NCBI GenBank assembly: GCA_000708835.1
Contig: DF237078.1
Location: 1 to 64,000, forward strand
Source: Klebsormidium nitens
Taxonomy: Eukaryota; Plantae; Klebsormidiophyceae
Direction of reading: 5' to 3'
DNA: 64,000 bases
Below the pieces are notes generated by a model. It was given only the letters and a program-made list of their open reading frames with translations, made no database searches and was not told the origin of the DNA. Each line of letters begins with the position of its first letter. Position 1 is the first letter of the stretch. Position numbers and translations under genes: made by a program. This document shows positions 19,801 to 32,556 of the stretch, piece by piece.

Positions 19801-21243
19801 CCTTGAGCAGCTGCTGTCGTGCAAGGGACGTGTCAACCTGCGGGTTCTGAATGAGAGGCGAGTGGTCAAATTCAGAGGCAAAACAAAGGACTCACATTGC
19901 ACACGATCCGGTGGGGTCGAACAAGGCTCCCCGCGATTCGGCCCTCCTTCTTGCAGTCGCTCGTTCGCTGGTGTGGTCTGGACGGGTTTGAATAGTCTAG
20001 CAAGTCATTTTTGATGAACTTCCACCCTTTGTATTGCTTGAATACACTCTTCTCGTTATTCCATGGCCCTCTCCGCTCGATTTTACGCAGGCGGAGTTTG
20101 CGACGAGCGCCATCGACTTTTTGCACCGGATTGGTCGCAGTGCGCGAGCAGGCCGCGCGGGGCGGGTGACGAGCTTCTTCACGGAGGACCGCCGGGACCT
20201 GGTGGAGGCCGTCAGGGAGGCCGTCGAGGCGCAGGAGCCAGTGGTGAGCCGCCACGTGTCTCGCCTAGACTGCTCGAGACGACCAGAAGATGCATAAGGT
20301 TGACGTCAAAGCTTGCATGTGGATTGGCGGCATACGTTCAGCCGTCCATATACGAAAGGGCTGAAGCCCAGTAAGAAAGGTGGCATATCAGGCTGGGAGT
20401 CTCAACTTGATTCAGCCAAGTATCTGTGCGAAGCTGGCTCGTTTCTGTGGTGTATTACTAAGGCAGGGGCGGAAGCTCCTTATGCTTAATGCGTCTTTCT
20501 CTTTCCGAGCATCAGTCTCTGTCGGAGCTTCTGTCCCCTCCCTGAAAGGTATCTCGGCTAACAGTACGGGATGGCTGCTGGTCGAGTTAATTGCCTGCTC
20601 AGGTTTTGTTGGGGTCCACTTGTGACTGACTTGGTTCGCCTCTTGTCAGGAGGGGGCGTTCAGCCGCAAGAGGAGTTTCCGAAAGAAGTTCAAAAAGTAC
20701 GGGGTCGGCCGTCAAGGTGAGCGAAAAAGAGCACGTCGGAGGCCGGGTTGGCCTCTTGTGCAGCTCTGGCAGGGAACGTGGAAATAAGGGTGGCAGCAAG
20801 CGGCATGAGAAGACGCGATGGGTCCAAGCTTTGCTCGTCGCCGGCTTATCCGCTGGCTGCAAACTTATCGACAGAATTGCGTCGCCATTCTGCGGATACG
20901 ATCGGACCTAAAGCCAATAACGTTGAGTGTGGAACTTTCTCTATCAAAGATGGACAGTGAAAGGATCCTGAGAGGGCGTGCGTTGAGGCTGACGACGAGG
21001 ATCCATTGCGCTTGCTTTGGAAGTTCAAAGAGAATGTCTTCTTTGGACAACATTCATTGTCGGTCTGAAGGATGGCGCGCTATCGGCAGGCGAACCTCTC
21101 CCAGAAAGTGCGAATTGTAAACATAGATTGTGAATGCATCCAGCGTAGCTGACGGGTTGATTGTTGCAGGTATTCCAAACCAGTCAGTGGGGAGAAGGAC
21201 TGTAGGCGAAGACGAGATGCAAAGGGCGCAACAACGTTTCTGA
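16830..21243 (+). CDS. RH22: DEAD-box RNA helicase, RH22 (chloroplast) type
   Basis: Q motif (WESLG...GFERPSRVQ), motif I AETGSGKT, Ia VLCPNATLCQQV, Ib VATPG, DEAD at 18397-18408, motif III variant AAT (KQFIFVAATLP), IV LVFANS, V CTDAAARGLDVP and VI HRIGRSARAGR. The C-terminal FSRKRSFRKK is typical of RH22. The N-terminus is transit-peptide-like (start 16830 or 16848); last exon 21170-21243. Confidence 0.88.
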
Positions 21244-22185
21244 TCTGGTTATTGATTACCAGTTCACTTGGAAACCAAGTGTTGTCTTATTAGATGTAGT
21301 GACTGGATGTTAGGTAAAAGAAGGGGAACGAAGGAGTAATCTGCTGTTGGTATTTGGAAGGGTCGTCCTTTCAGATGTTGATTGTTGGTGCCTTCTTCAA
21401 GTGACGCACAGTGTTCCCGTCTACCTGGGAAGTAGCAAACCCCTGTGCAATGGCTATTGAGAGTCACGTATGTCAATCGAGTGGGTATTGGGTTCATCAA
21501 AGCTTGCCATTCAATTGACTGTTTGATGTATGGCATATTATGGGTTACATGAATTTTTTGTGCTTATACAGCTTGGGTTGCGGTTTGACATGCACATCTT
21601 CGGTGTAGATGGCACGCTTCAGATGACACGCGCGTGCCACAGCAAAACTGTCGTCAAATGTCCTCGATGATCTGTGCGTATGCATACGGTGCATTGGCCT
21701 GGCAGGACAAAAGCTTTGACTACGCTAGCTTATATATTTGCCCATCGTACTGGGGCCTGGTGGCTCGCAATGATGCTTTGCTCTTTGAGTCCGTTGCATC
21801 GACTGCTAAGCCTGGCGGATGCACATGATTAATGGTTGCAGTCATTCGCATGTATTTTGGAAGGCACACTAAAATAACCATCGATCGTTGCGCGGCTGCT
21901 TGAAAATGCAAAGCATTTGGGATTGCTGCTTGCTTGGTACTCTTGGTTGTATAGCGGCAATCATTCAAACAGCAAGATTGTCGACCGTTAGTAATCAGAT
22001 CTAAACATCATCCAGAAATCCTCGAATGCGGCGCGGACCTATCAACTAACTTGACCATGCTTTCATGCAAAAACATATATCGAAGCCTTCCATTTAAGTT
22101 CGTTGTTAACAGGCTTCGATTCAATTGCCACTAAAAATTGGCCCATGCAAATACTGCAGTCATGATTCAGCACTCCCCCCCGGCT

Positions 22186-22201
22186 ATGAGTCATGACTCA
22201 T
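22186..22201. promoter_or_regulatory. Perfect 16-bp palindrome containing two GCN4/AP-1-like bZIP sites
   Basis: ATGAGTCATGACTCAT is self-complementary and contains TGAGTCA and TGACTCA. It lies ~320 bp upstream of the ATG at 22518. Confidence 0.4.
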
Positions 22202-22517
22202 GACGCGTGTAGCCTCGAGCGACTACCCGGTGACCTAGGCTAAACTCGCGCAAGCTGAAGACTCTGTCACGGCAGAGGGGGCAAATCTGCAGATCTATTT
22301 GATCCAATCGTCTCGTGACACGTCAACATGTGCATAAGAGTCGAACAGTCTAGCATGTGCCGCCATTGTGGTCTGAAATGCGGAGCGAGTCCCGCATTGC
22401 ATTGGGGAGGCAGCAACTTGAAAAGAGTGGGTGAGGAGCTGGACCGGGGTTGGCGCTTACCCATACTAATAGGGTACTCTGCTAGAAGTAAGAAGGTTGC
22501 TGCCAAAGGGAGCCACG

Positions 22518-23786
22518 ATGGCTGCCAAGCAGCAGATACTGGATCATGTCCACGCTCTTGACCACATTACGGACGAGCACGCCCGCGCCAGGCGGCAGCG
22601 GCGTCTCAAGTTTGCGAAGATACAGATTGGTGGCTTCACATTGGACTTTGGGGCGCCCCTTTTCAGAGACCAAAGTATCGACGCCCCCATATCGCAAACT
22701 GAGATTGTCGAGGTCCCAGAAGAAGCCCCCCTGGCAGCCACCATCGTGCGCCAGGAGAATGTGAAGGGGCGCCAAACAAAGAAGAAGCTGGGCGTGCGGA
22801 AGGCAGTCGGCATTGGGCTCTGGTCAGCTGCTGCAGTGTCGCTCTTTCAGCACAGTGCATTACGCGCAGCGGAGTGCCTGACGGGCAATGGGGATGCGGT
22901 TCTGGCGTCAGACGCAGTGATACTTGCCCTGGTGAGCTGGCCCATAATGCACCGCAGTTTCTGAATGGGGCTTTCACAGGGTGTCACTGACGCCACCCAT
23001 ATTGTGAAGTATGAAACCCAGCTGCAGAATGCAGTGATGGAGCAGGACACTGTGGCGGAAGCACCTTAAATTGAGCGCTCACTCCGCTTTAACCTGACCA
23101 CCGATTGGATCCAGCGCCACTCCAGTCTGTGAGACTGAAGTGAAGAAGGATGCGACGGGGCCACTTGGTTCGTGGACAAATGCGTTTTGGCATACCACTT
23201 GTGCCCCTATGACGTATGTAGAAAGCAATTGCGATGCCCAGAAGGAACGCACGACTTGAGTGATGGAACTGTGTCAATCTCAGTCGGCCCCCGGTTGCCA
23301 CCATGTTTCAGCACTGTAAAGTACAATGCCCCATTTGCCCCCTTCCGACTTATCATCAACCTGCCCCCCTTTTGGCTCTCAGGCCCAAAGGAGGATACAT
23401 GGGCTGACACCTGTCGCCCCGTGATGCAGGCCTTTGAGACGTGCCCGTTTCAGAATGTTCGTAACCTGGGGGGCAGCAGAAACACAGCCATCGGAGCGTT
23501 GCTGGCTGCTGCTGCCATTGGGGCGGTGTCGGCCCATGCGAGGAAGAAGCGGCTGAAGAAGGTCGCCAACCAGTCGGTGAGACGCCCCAAACCACTGTGT
23601 ATGATGGTTATCAAGAGTAATCAGATTAGATGGCAACCTTCTCAAACAGACACTCAAATGTCGTTGAAGGCCATATGAGCTTGGGCAATGTATGAGTCCC
23701 ATTCTAAATATCCTCTCACTCAGGCGGCTGCCCGTGTTGTGAAGTTGGTGGGAGAAGAGGCGCTTCAGCGCAGCGGCCTTCTGTGA
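22518..23786 (+). CDS. Three coding exons of unknown family; probably the N-terminal extension of the downstream LACS, or a separate small membrane protein
   Basis: Exons 22518-22931, 23430-23576 and 23724- join in phase 0 at canonical GT-AG sites. They encode hydrophobic stretches (AVGIGLWSAAAVSLF; AIGALLAAAAIGAVSA) followed by a basic patch (RKKRLKK). Reading straight through stops at 23784-23786, but in-frame GT donors at 23739 and 23748 could splice to the LACS exon at 23892. Confidence 0.55.
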
Positions 23787-23891
23787 GGATCCCTCATGTT
23801 CACGGAGTGATTGACCTTAGTGACCCCTCTTCATATTCTGCTTTGCTCTGCTGGGCAGCGCCCCTGACTTGGGTCACTGTTGTTGCTTCAG

Positions 23892-26800
23892 GTGCGGCAG
23901 GGCCAGGACCCCATCTGGCGCAGCGCCCTGTGCCCTGATGGACAGCTGGTGAGTGCGCCTTCCGCTGGGTGACTGAAGTGGCAGGTGGTTAAGAGAGAAA
24001 ACAAGGTCACCTGCTGCGAAAACCTTGTTGCCAGGTTGCCCATGTGGGCACTGAAAACTTGCCGCCGTCTCAGAGATGGCTACGTTGGAATAGCCACTCG
24101 GCGATCCGGTGAGGGGCATCTTTCAGAGTGGGGCCACAGATGACGGGTCTCCTAACCTCAAGACCAAAGTGGGGGGTCCCTCGTAGAATGCAAGACATCA
24201 GCGCCGGTGTCTAAAAAGAGAAGGTGAATAAGGAGTGAGCTGCTGGTCCCTCATGTCCGTTACACCCCGGCTTGCCTCTGTTGAACGCCCGGTCCTTTGT
24301 GCAGGTGGCAACAGCGGTGCCTAGCGTGGACACGTTGTATGACAACTTCTTCAACTACGCCGCGCGCAAGCACGCACAGGTCAGCCCCTCAAACCCAGCT
24401 AAATGCCTTGGGCAGTCGCTGTCCTATACTCCAGCCAAAGCACGAACTGTCATCGTCCCTTGAGGCAAAGGTGGCTTACCCATAAAATGTATGGAAAAAG
24501 CTTCGTACTGTCTTTTTCACCGTCCTACGAAGTGACGAATCACCTTGTGTAGATGGTTTTTTTTCCAGTTGAGAACTTACGAGACCTCTTCAGCAAGGAG
24601 CACTTTGGGGGAATAAACATAGCTGACCGCTGACAAACTTTTGGTTGAACAGTAATCTGACTAGCTACCGACCGTCGTTGCTATTTCCGGCTGTTCTTGT
24701 CCAGGAGCCGTGCCTGGGTCGCCGGACAGCGGACGGCTACTCGTGGACCTCGTACAAAGACGTTGCCGAGGAGGCGTCCGCCTTCGGACGGGGCTTACGC
24801 GCGCTGGGGTTGCAACCAAAGTCGAAACTGGGCATCTACTCGGTCAGGCTCAATGTCTCCAGCCCAGCTTTGCACTGTCCAAGAGTAGTTTCGCTGTTGG
24901 TGGTAGTTGAAAGCCCTGGCTTGAGACCTGCTCGGGAAAATAATGTCACAGAGTACTCCAGGTAGATTTAATGCACAGTGATCCGCTCCAGGGAGCGCCA
25001 TCTTGTCGTACGAAAAGTCAATTCGGTTTCTTTCAGCATCAGGCTGTGACAGCACTCTTGTTGGGCGCTGCAGGTGAACAAGGTGGAGTGGATCGTGGCG
25101 GAGCTGGGCGCGTATGCCCACTCCATCATCGTTGTGGCCCTGTGAGTCCGTCACCCCAATATCCCTCTCCTTCCCACACCAATTTGAACTGATGCCTGCG
25201 GGGCGCCTCTTTCTTGGCTGTTCAAACGTCCTGTTTGCTGCTCCTTTACTGATCACCTGAATGAAAGCATTCCCCGACCAGGCAATCCTGTTACTTGCGC
25301 ACCGCCAAATCTTCGGGCATTCGGGCTGGTCTGCGGCGGCCCTCGAAATCGAAGACGTTTGAAAGATGGACCCGTTTCTTTCTCAGCCTTCTTCTCGAAC
25401 TGGGCGAGGGATCCCATTCCCTCCGCTCCTGATCTTCCCTGTGCGTGTGTTGCCAGCTACTCGACGCTGGGCGAGGACGCAGTGGCCTATGTGGTGGACC
25501 ACTCCGAGATGACAATCGCGCTCGCCAGCATGCAGGTCAGCGCAAGTCGACTTGTTAAGCCAGTTTCAGGGAGCATGTTTGTCCAAGTCATCAGGAGAGG
25601 GGCCATTCAGCGACTCAGTACATCGAACAAGAGTCTGCTTGTGCCGGTTGTCCGGATTGGGTCGAGCCGTTTATCAATGGCCGTCGTAATCTTGGCAATA
25701 TTGTCTATTTTTTGCATGTTGTGGCTGCTTGTGCTGAAGGATGCGTAATGCTTTCGAACCCGCTGGTCTTGTCGGGACTGCTTGTAGTCTGTCTACAACA
25801 TCTCGAACCTGTTTTGGTACGAGTGCGCTCGAACCCTTGCAGAGCAACGCACCTCTCGCGGCAAACTTGGTGATTGTCGATTAGATGCTCGACCTGTGAC
25901 CTCAGAGACTCTCTCCGTGTCGATCCCTGCTGCTGCCACGTGGCAGGCTCTGGCGTCCCTGTTGGGGGTGCTGCCTAGGGTGGAGAAGCTGCACACCATC
26001 ATCTACCTCGACACCGAGCCGGGCGACACGCCCACCGACGCGCAGCGCAAAACCGCCAAGGACGCAGGTCAAGAGCTTCGCATCCGCTTATGTTTCTTTT
26101 ATTCAGGGTCCGCTGGAAGGTTACGCGCTGTCTCGTGTAGCATTTCCCTTCGCTCGAAGAGCCTCCCTTCATCCTACTTTCCCCGAAGTTTGACGTCCGG
26201 GTGTGCAGCAATTCGTGTGTCTGAAAAATAACAAGTGGAGCATCAAAGGATCGCATCCTCGAACGCCCACGCGTTTTCCCCTCAGGTGTGGAGCTTGTGG
26301 CCTACTCGGCGGTGCTGGACAAGGGCCGCGCCTCGTCGCTGCCGGACGTGCCCCCCGCTGCCAAAGACACCGCCACCATTATGTACACGTCAGGAACCAC
26401 TGTGAGCGCTCGGGGAATGACGTCAGCAGATGGCTTCGAACTAGTTTGATTCTGCAGGATTCTTCGACAGACATTTGCAGCCTCGAGGTGCCGGAAGGTT
26501 TCCTCTAGGGAAGGAAAGAGCGCGCGCACATACTGCAGGGTTTATGAGGACTTGGTTGGTTGTGCAGGGCAATCCGAAGGGCGTCATTCTGAGCCATGCG
26601 GCGGTCAATGCCAACGCTGCCTCGGCCGAGCTCGTGCAAGTGGTGAGCTCGTGGCTTTGCGCCGTAACACCGTCATAGCTCTGTACGACTTCGTCTGAGC
26701 TCCCCGCCTCAAGTCTCTCCTGTTAAGAGCCCCGGTAATCTGTGCGGCCGCCGAAAATCATCCTGCTTTCGGCACTCTGTTATACTACCGTGCTTTTGCC

Positions 26801-29800
26801 AGCGACTGCTCGATTGGAGGGAGACGCGGCGCGTCGAGCATTGTTCCGGCACTGCTATGTGGAAGAAGCCAATGTAGAGCAGTATTCGCTTAAGTCCCTC
26901 TTAACTTCGAAAGTTGAACGGCCTGTTTCCATTGCGATGCAGCAACAAGGGTTCCCCATCAAGGCGGGCGATCGGTACCTGTGCTACCTGCCACTCGCCC
27001 ACATCTTCGAAAGGGTCGTGAGTTGCCGGACCGCCTTTCTGTGCCGCTTTATCTGCTGGATGACGTCAATCTGTTGTAATTTTGACGTCTGAAGTGGGCT
27101 CCATCACCTCAGTCTCCCGGCTCTCTAAACAAGAAGGCCCTGTCATGTGTACAAGCTTTGTTCCATATTGCTACGGACGGTCAGATTGTCTTGATATCAT
27201 GTTGACGAAGGGCCATGTTGACTAAGGGAAGTGCCCAGGGAATGGGTGAAGTCGGTTCGGCAATTTGAGGTGGCTACAGATGCGGAGCATGTTCCTTCTA
27301 CATTTCAATTTCTCAATTGCTTTTCACCGAGCACAGTCCTTGGTCGATATGCTCTTTATCAACAATGGGCCGTCTTATCCGCCGTGCCGTGGTTGCTAGA
27401 TGGTGACGGTGATGCTGCGCTACGGCGCGGCGGTGGGCGTGTTTGGCGGCAAGGTGGACGCGCTCCTGGACGACATGGCCGCGCTCAAGCCGACCATCCT
27501 CGCGGGGGTGCCACGTGTCTTCAACCGGGTGCACGACAAGTAAGGCGCCACGCGATCCGCTCTGCGAGGGAGGCTGAGAGAGCCACATCGATCCTGAAAG
27601 CAGCGCTCCAATTGCAGCGAAAACTGTCTTGAATGTCGACCTTACGTCTTCCGCATTTTCGAGTTGAAAAGGCTCGTTCCGCCCATTTGCAGCGGTAGTC
27701 GCGATAGGCGTTTGCTGACCCGTTCAACAGTGATTGCCTCGGACGCAATTCCTTTCAACACTGTAGCCGATGAGCCGTTGACTTAGCACTGGCTGGCTGT
27801 TTGCAGGGTGCTGTCCAAGCTGGCGAGTGGCGGCAAGGTGAAGAAGGCGCTCTTCCAGGCCGCCATGGCCGAGACCAGCCGCGTGCGCGCCGCAGGGGGG
27901 GACCCCGCGACGGTGCCGCTCTGGAACAAGCTCGTCTTCTCTAAGGTGCGGTCACCCTCCTCTGCAAAAGCGCGCAGGTCTTTCTTGCGACGCTTCTGAC
28001 CTCCCTCCCCTTAGTTACTTCCTTCCCTTTGCCCACCGTTTGTAATGATGATGTACTACAGAAGACATACGCTACCCGAGGATTCCCCGTTAGCTCTCTT
28101 CACTGTTCCTCAATGTAGCTTCCTGCTTACGAACAACGTAATCGTCAGAAGTGCCTCAGCCTCGGCCTGATATCTTGTCTGTGTCGTCTCAGATCAAGGC
28201 TGCTCTTGGAGGGGAGTGCCGGCTCATTGTGTCTGGCGGCGCCCCGCTCAGCAAGAGCACGCAGGAGGTAACCGCACCCTCTGCTGACGGACCTCCGACA
28301 CGTCAGCGTCTCAGCAGACGCGTTGGCTGGCCTTTGGAGTTTAGCTACTGCTGGGGCCTCGTCATAGCAGTCCGGTGACGAAGTCTTTTGTTCGTTTTCA
28401 GCCTGCTGAGACAACTGTCTTGCACCCCTTGTCCCAAGTCAAGTGTTCCCGGATCTGCGTAAGCAGAGCCGCTCTTGATCCTTCCGCTGGGATCCGTGAT
28501 ACAAATTCTTCCTCTCCTTTCTGCAGTTCTTGAGCAACGCCTTTGGAGCTCCGGCCATCCAGGTATGCTGCCACTACTTTTTCAATGCCGACTTTGCTTT
28601 AAATAGCTAATCAATTTGTCCGCTTGTTACCAAACCACCCCATCAGAGCACGGGGGGGGTGAAGGACACGGGGCCGGGAAGCTGGGAGCCGAAGAAGAGA
28701 GGCGCCGCCGTACTCGTGTCGTCTTACAATCATAAGCAGCGTCCGTAATCCTACCACCGGATTTCTCTCAAAGTCCCGCCACCCCTCCATTGACTCACGT
28801 TGCGGTCGAGCCTACTTCTTACACCGAATCTGCTTGCCCTCTGTTCGCTAACGTGGCACTCCTCTCCGGCAGGGGTACGGCTTGACCGAGACTTGTGCTG
28901 GGGGCGCTATCGCCATTGCGTCCGACCCCAGCGGGGGCCACGTGGGGCCCCCCAGCCCGAGCCTAGAGCTGAAGCTGGAGGACGTCCCGGAGATGGGCTA
29001 CACTGCGGGGGGGGACGTGCCGCAAGGGGAGGTACGACAGGAAACTCCTTCTGAAACCACGTATGAGCTGCGAACGTCAGTGCCCTCGCCGGCATAGGGT
29101 GACTTGTCGATTGGGTCTATTATTGAGCGAAGCCGTTCAATTTTGGCTCTATCCATCGTGGGGTTCTCCGGCTTACAACATGCGGGTGCCTGTCGTTTTT
29201 GGGTGCATGACTTTAGTCTCCTGAAGAGTAAGGGAAGAGCTGAAGAAGATGGAAACTCATTCACGAGGCTGTAAGCTGCCGTTCATACAGAAGCTGTCTG
29301 GACGTGCGGCACTCGTCCACGGTATTGCACGGTCGCGCCGCAACCCGAACGCCTAGTATTGCCAAGTCTCAAACACAGCTCTTGGTTCGCTCCTTACGTT
29401 ACCGCGTCCTCTTGTGCGTAATATCGTGGTTGATCATCCTCCCCGCTGTTGCGCAGATCGTGCTGCGCGGGTACAGCATCATGGACGGCTACTACAAGGA
29501 GGCCACCATGACTGCCGAGGTGCTCGACGCCGACGGCTGGTTCCACACCGGGGGTGAGCGCCGCCCCACCGCACCGCTGCACGAGTCTCGCCAGCCACAG
29601 TGCTTGCCGCATCCCGCCAAATCGAGCTGCTTGCTCAAGTCACGAGTGGATACAAAGCTGCCATAACCGATCTCTGGTGTTCTGCGTGCTGTCGTTAAGA
29701 GTGCTGATGAGAGGAAGGGGTCTGGATATCAATAGCCTGGAGAAAGAGCAGGTAGTGAGTTGCGCAGGTCGTGTGGCTCAGAGCGTTGGTTTTGGTGCGT

Positions 29801-32556
29801 GCAGACATCGGGCAGATCAACCCCAACGGCACGCTCAACATCATCGACCGCAAGAAGAACATCTTCAAGCTCGCGCAAGGCGAGGTGGGGACAGCGTCCA
29901 TCACGTAGCCTCAATGTGTCGGAACTCCCTCCTGAAACTATCTGTGCTTCGAGTGACAGTAGATACGTCTTTGGGATAGCTCAGCGTTGCAGTCTGATTG
30001 GTGAAGTACCGGTCACATCCGCGACTGAGGCTGAGCTGCAAGGGTTCATGGAGTCGCAGTGCATCAAGTCGACCCAGAAATTGACGAGTCCGTCTGTGGT
30101 TGCAGTATGTGGCCGCGGAGAAGTTAGAGATCCAATACCAGGCCTCGCGCTTCGTCTCTCAAATCTTCGTCTACGGAGACAGGTACGCTTGTCCCTCCCG
30201 TCTTCCGTCCTGCTGGCCTGGGGGTTCCTAAAACCCACTAACGATCGACCATCTTCTACCGGGAGGTTCGTAGATTGAACCTCCGGCTGCGGTCACACGC
30301 AGATTGAACGATTGCAACTGAGCTGCGCTGGGGAACCCATGTTTGACCACAAACAGCAGAGCTTTTGGAAGGCAGCGTGGTTGCGTGTCTGGAGCGTGTC
30401 TCGAGCAGCTGCGTAACACGGCTGTAAAGAGCTTATCGAAATGGATGTCGAAGCCTCCTCTATGGTCTTGCATCTTGTCCACGCTTTTTACTCAAGGGGG
30501 TGGGCCCAATCATCAGGGCAGGCAATGGCTTGCAGGCTCACCGATGACTCTGGGCACATGAACTCCAGAAAAGCGTAGCCACGTGCAGATGGCTACACGC
30601 ACAAGTTGCCGTTGCAAAACGAGCCTCATCAGTGCGAGATACTCACCGCTCGATCCAAAACCATGCGGTGGTGCTATCATCTCTTTACCTGTCCGCACAA
30701 ACGCAGCCCATGCCGCAACACGGAAGGTTTCTCAAGGCGGCTTTGCTCACCTCATATTCTTGCCATACTTGTGCAGCCTGCAGTCGACGCTGGTGGCGGT
30801 GGTGGTCCCCGACGTTGGCGCGCTGCGCGAGTGGGCCAAGACCAGCCAGCCTGCGCTCGCGGACGCGCCCGACGAGAAGCTGTGAGCGGCACGGAAAAAT
30901 GCACACTCTGCATGGATTTGTCTTGCGTTTTGCACTCCCGAAATGGGACTCCGGCTTCCGACTCAGTATAATGCGGGCGAGCGAAGCTTGTCTGCCATAA
31001 TACGGCTAGGTTCGTCAAACCGGGACGTACTAGGCCCTTGAGTACGGTCCTGATTCATGTGCTGAAAGATCCAGAACGAGGAAAATCACCAGAAGGGTCG
31101 CATGTCGACTCACGAGCCGGATCCCCATCCCTTCCGCACGAGAGTCGCAAGGGACCGGAAGCTTCCTGCGTGCATGCATTTCAGACATGCGGACCTGCTC
31201 ATCCACTCTTGCGCTTTCTGACGGGCCTTTCTTCCATTATTCAATGAGAGGAGACGTTTCTTGGTTGCGCACTTGCCAAGACGGTTGGCTCCGACCCCCT
31301 CCTCTTTGCTCACCAGCCCAACCGTTTCCTCTCCGCAGGGCTGCATCGGCGGAGGCAGAGAAGGCCGTGCTGGCGGACCTCAAGGTCGTCGCTAAGGGGC
31401 CTCCCGCCCTTAAGGGCTTTGAGGTGACGTCGCCACTCCCACACAGCTACTGCGTTCCCTGCAATTTCCGCAACCATCACACCCAAAGCTTAGATGATAC
31501 TGGAAACGCTCGCTTGCACTAAAAGCCACTTGCACTAAGATACATAGCTCCCGGGCACTTAAAACTAGAAATCCTAACCAATCAAATCACGCGCTCGCAC
31601 CCTCACCCACCCTAACCACCAAATTGACCCCACCCGTCCCTCGGTTGCTTATCTTAGTGCAAGCCGCTCTTAGTACAAGCTAGCGTTGCCGAACTGCTTA
31701 GATGGCTATAGGCGTGGATCTAATTATGCTCCCCCTCGGCCACGTACCGTCCCCCCTTCTCCTGGGACTCGATCCCTCTGGCCAAGAGAAAGAACAGCAG
31801 GAGCTGAGCTTGCGAGCCGGGTTGGCGCTGACGTCAGTTTTTCTCCCCGCTCTTGCTGACGTCAGCGTTGGGCTTGCAGGTGATCCGGGCCGTCCACCTT
31901 GACCCGGAGCCGTTTTCGGTGGACAACGACCTGCTCACGTGAGGGCCCCTCGTGCTGTACCATGCCTGCTGAACGGCAGTCAAAAGCTGCCAGGCGCAAT
32001 TTTGTCCTCGTAGGAATTGGCAGAAAAGATCATCTGTTCCTCGATGTCGCGAGCCTAGCAAGACAACCCTGCTTTCTGTTGAGACAATGAACAAGATTGT
32101 ATGCTGCAAGTTGTTGATCCGGACGGTCCGTGCGTGCAGGCCGACTTTCAAGAGTAAGCGGCCGCAGCTCAAGGTGCGTGGGAGTACCCTTTCAAAAGCT
32201 TGACTGATCGAATCGCAGTATGCCATCACGGAAGAAACCGTGCATCTCAGGATCAGCTTCGTTTCTTCCATCCTGGTTGCAGCGGAATGCAGCGAAGAGC
32301 GACAGAGCTGCAATGCTTGGCAAATGAACAAAGCAGTGTAGCCGCATGCATTGAGAGCAGATATTGCCCTTCTCATGCCATTCTTTGCACATTCTCCTCC
32401 TAGTGCTCTCTTTTCTAGATTAAGCACGGCCAGCGGAAATCGTGGTAAGCCGACTGTCTTGTCAGCCAGCCAAGCTCACATACGTAATGTCTTCTGGTGC
32501 AGAAAAAGTATGGCGACATCATCGAGAAGCTGTATGCAGGCATGGCAAGCCGGTGA
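23892..32556 (+). CDS. LACS: Long-chain acyl-CoA synthetase (AMP-binding family), multi-exon
   Basis: [18 protein letters not shown]-terminus, AMP-binding [14 protein letters not shown] (~26380-26585), [25 protein letters not shown] (~28873), [24 protein letters not shown] and [19 protein letters not shown]. Stop codon at 32554-32556. Confidence 0.95.
31502..31690. mobile_element. MITE-like non-autonomous element (189 bp) inside a LACS intron
   Basis: 41-bp imperfect terminal inverted repeats at 31502-31542 and 31650-31690 (35/41 matches), each built from two CTTGCACTAA subrepeats. The C-rich core (31569-31640) is homologous to the element at 58618. No target-site duplication found. Confidence 0.75.

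Noticed and set aside
30259-30286. Hairpin GGAGGTTC/GAACCTCC in a LACS intron
   Set aside because: An 8-10 bp stem is expected by chance in 64 kb.
31570-31620. CCCTAACC/CCTAACC units as interstitial telomeric repeats (also near 58676-58735)
   Set aside because: They are isolated units inside MITE cores, not tandem telomeric arrays.
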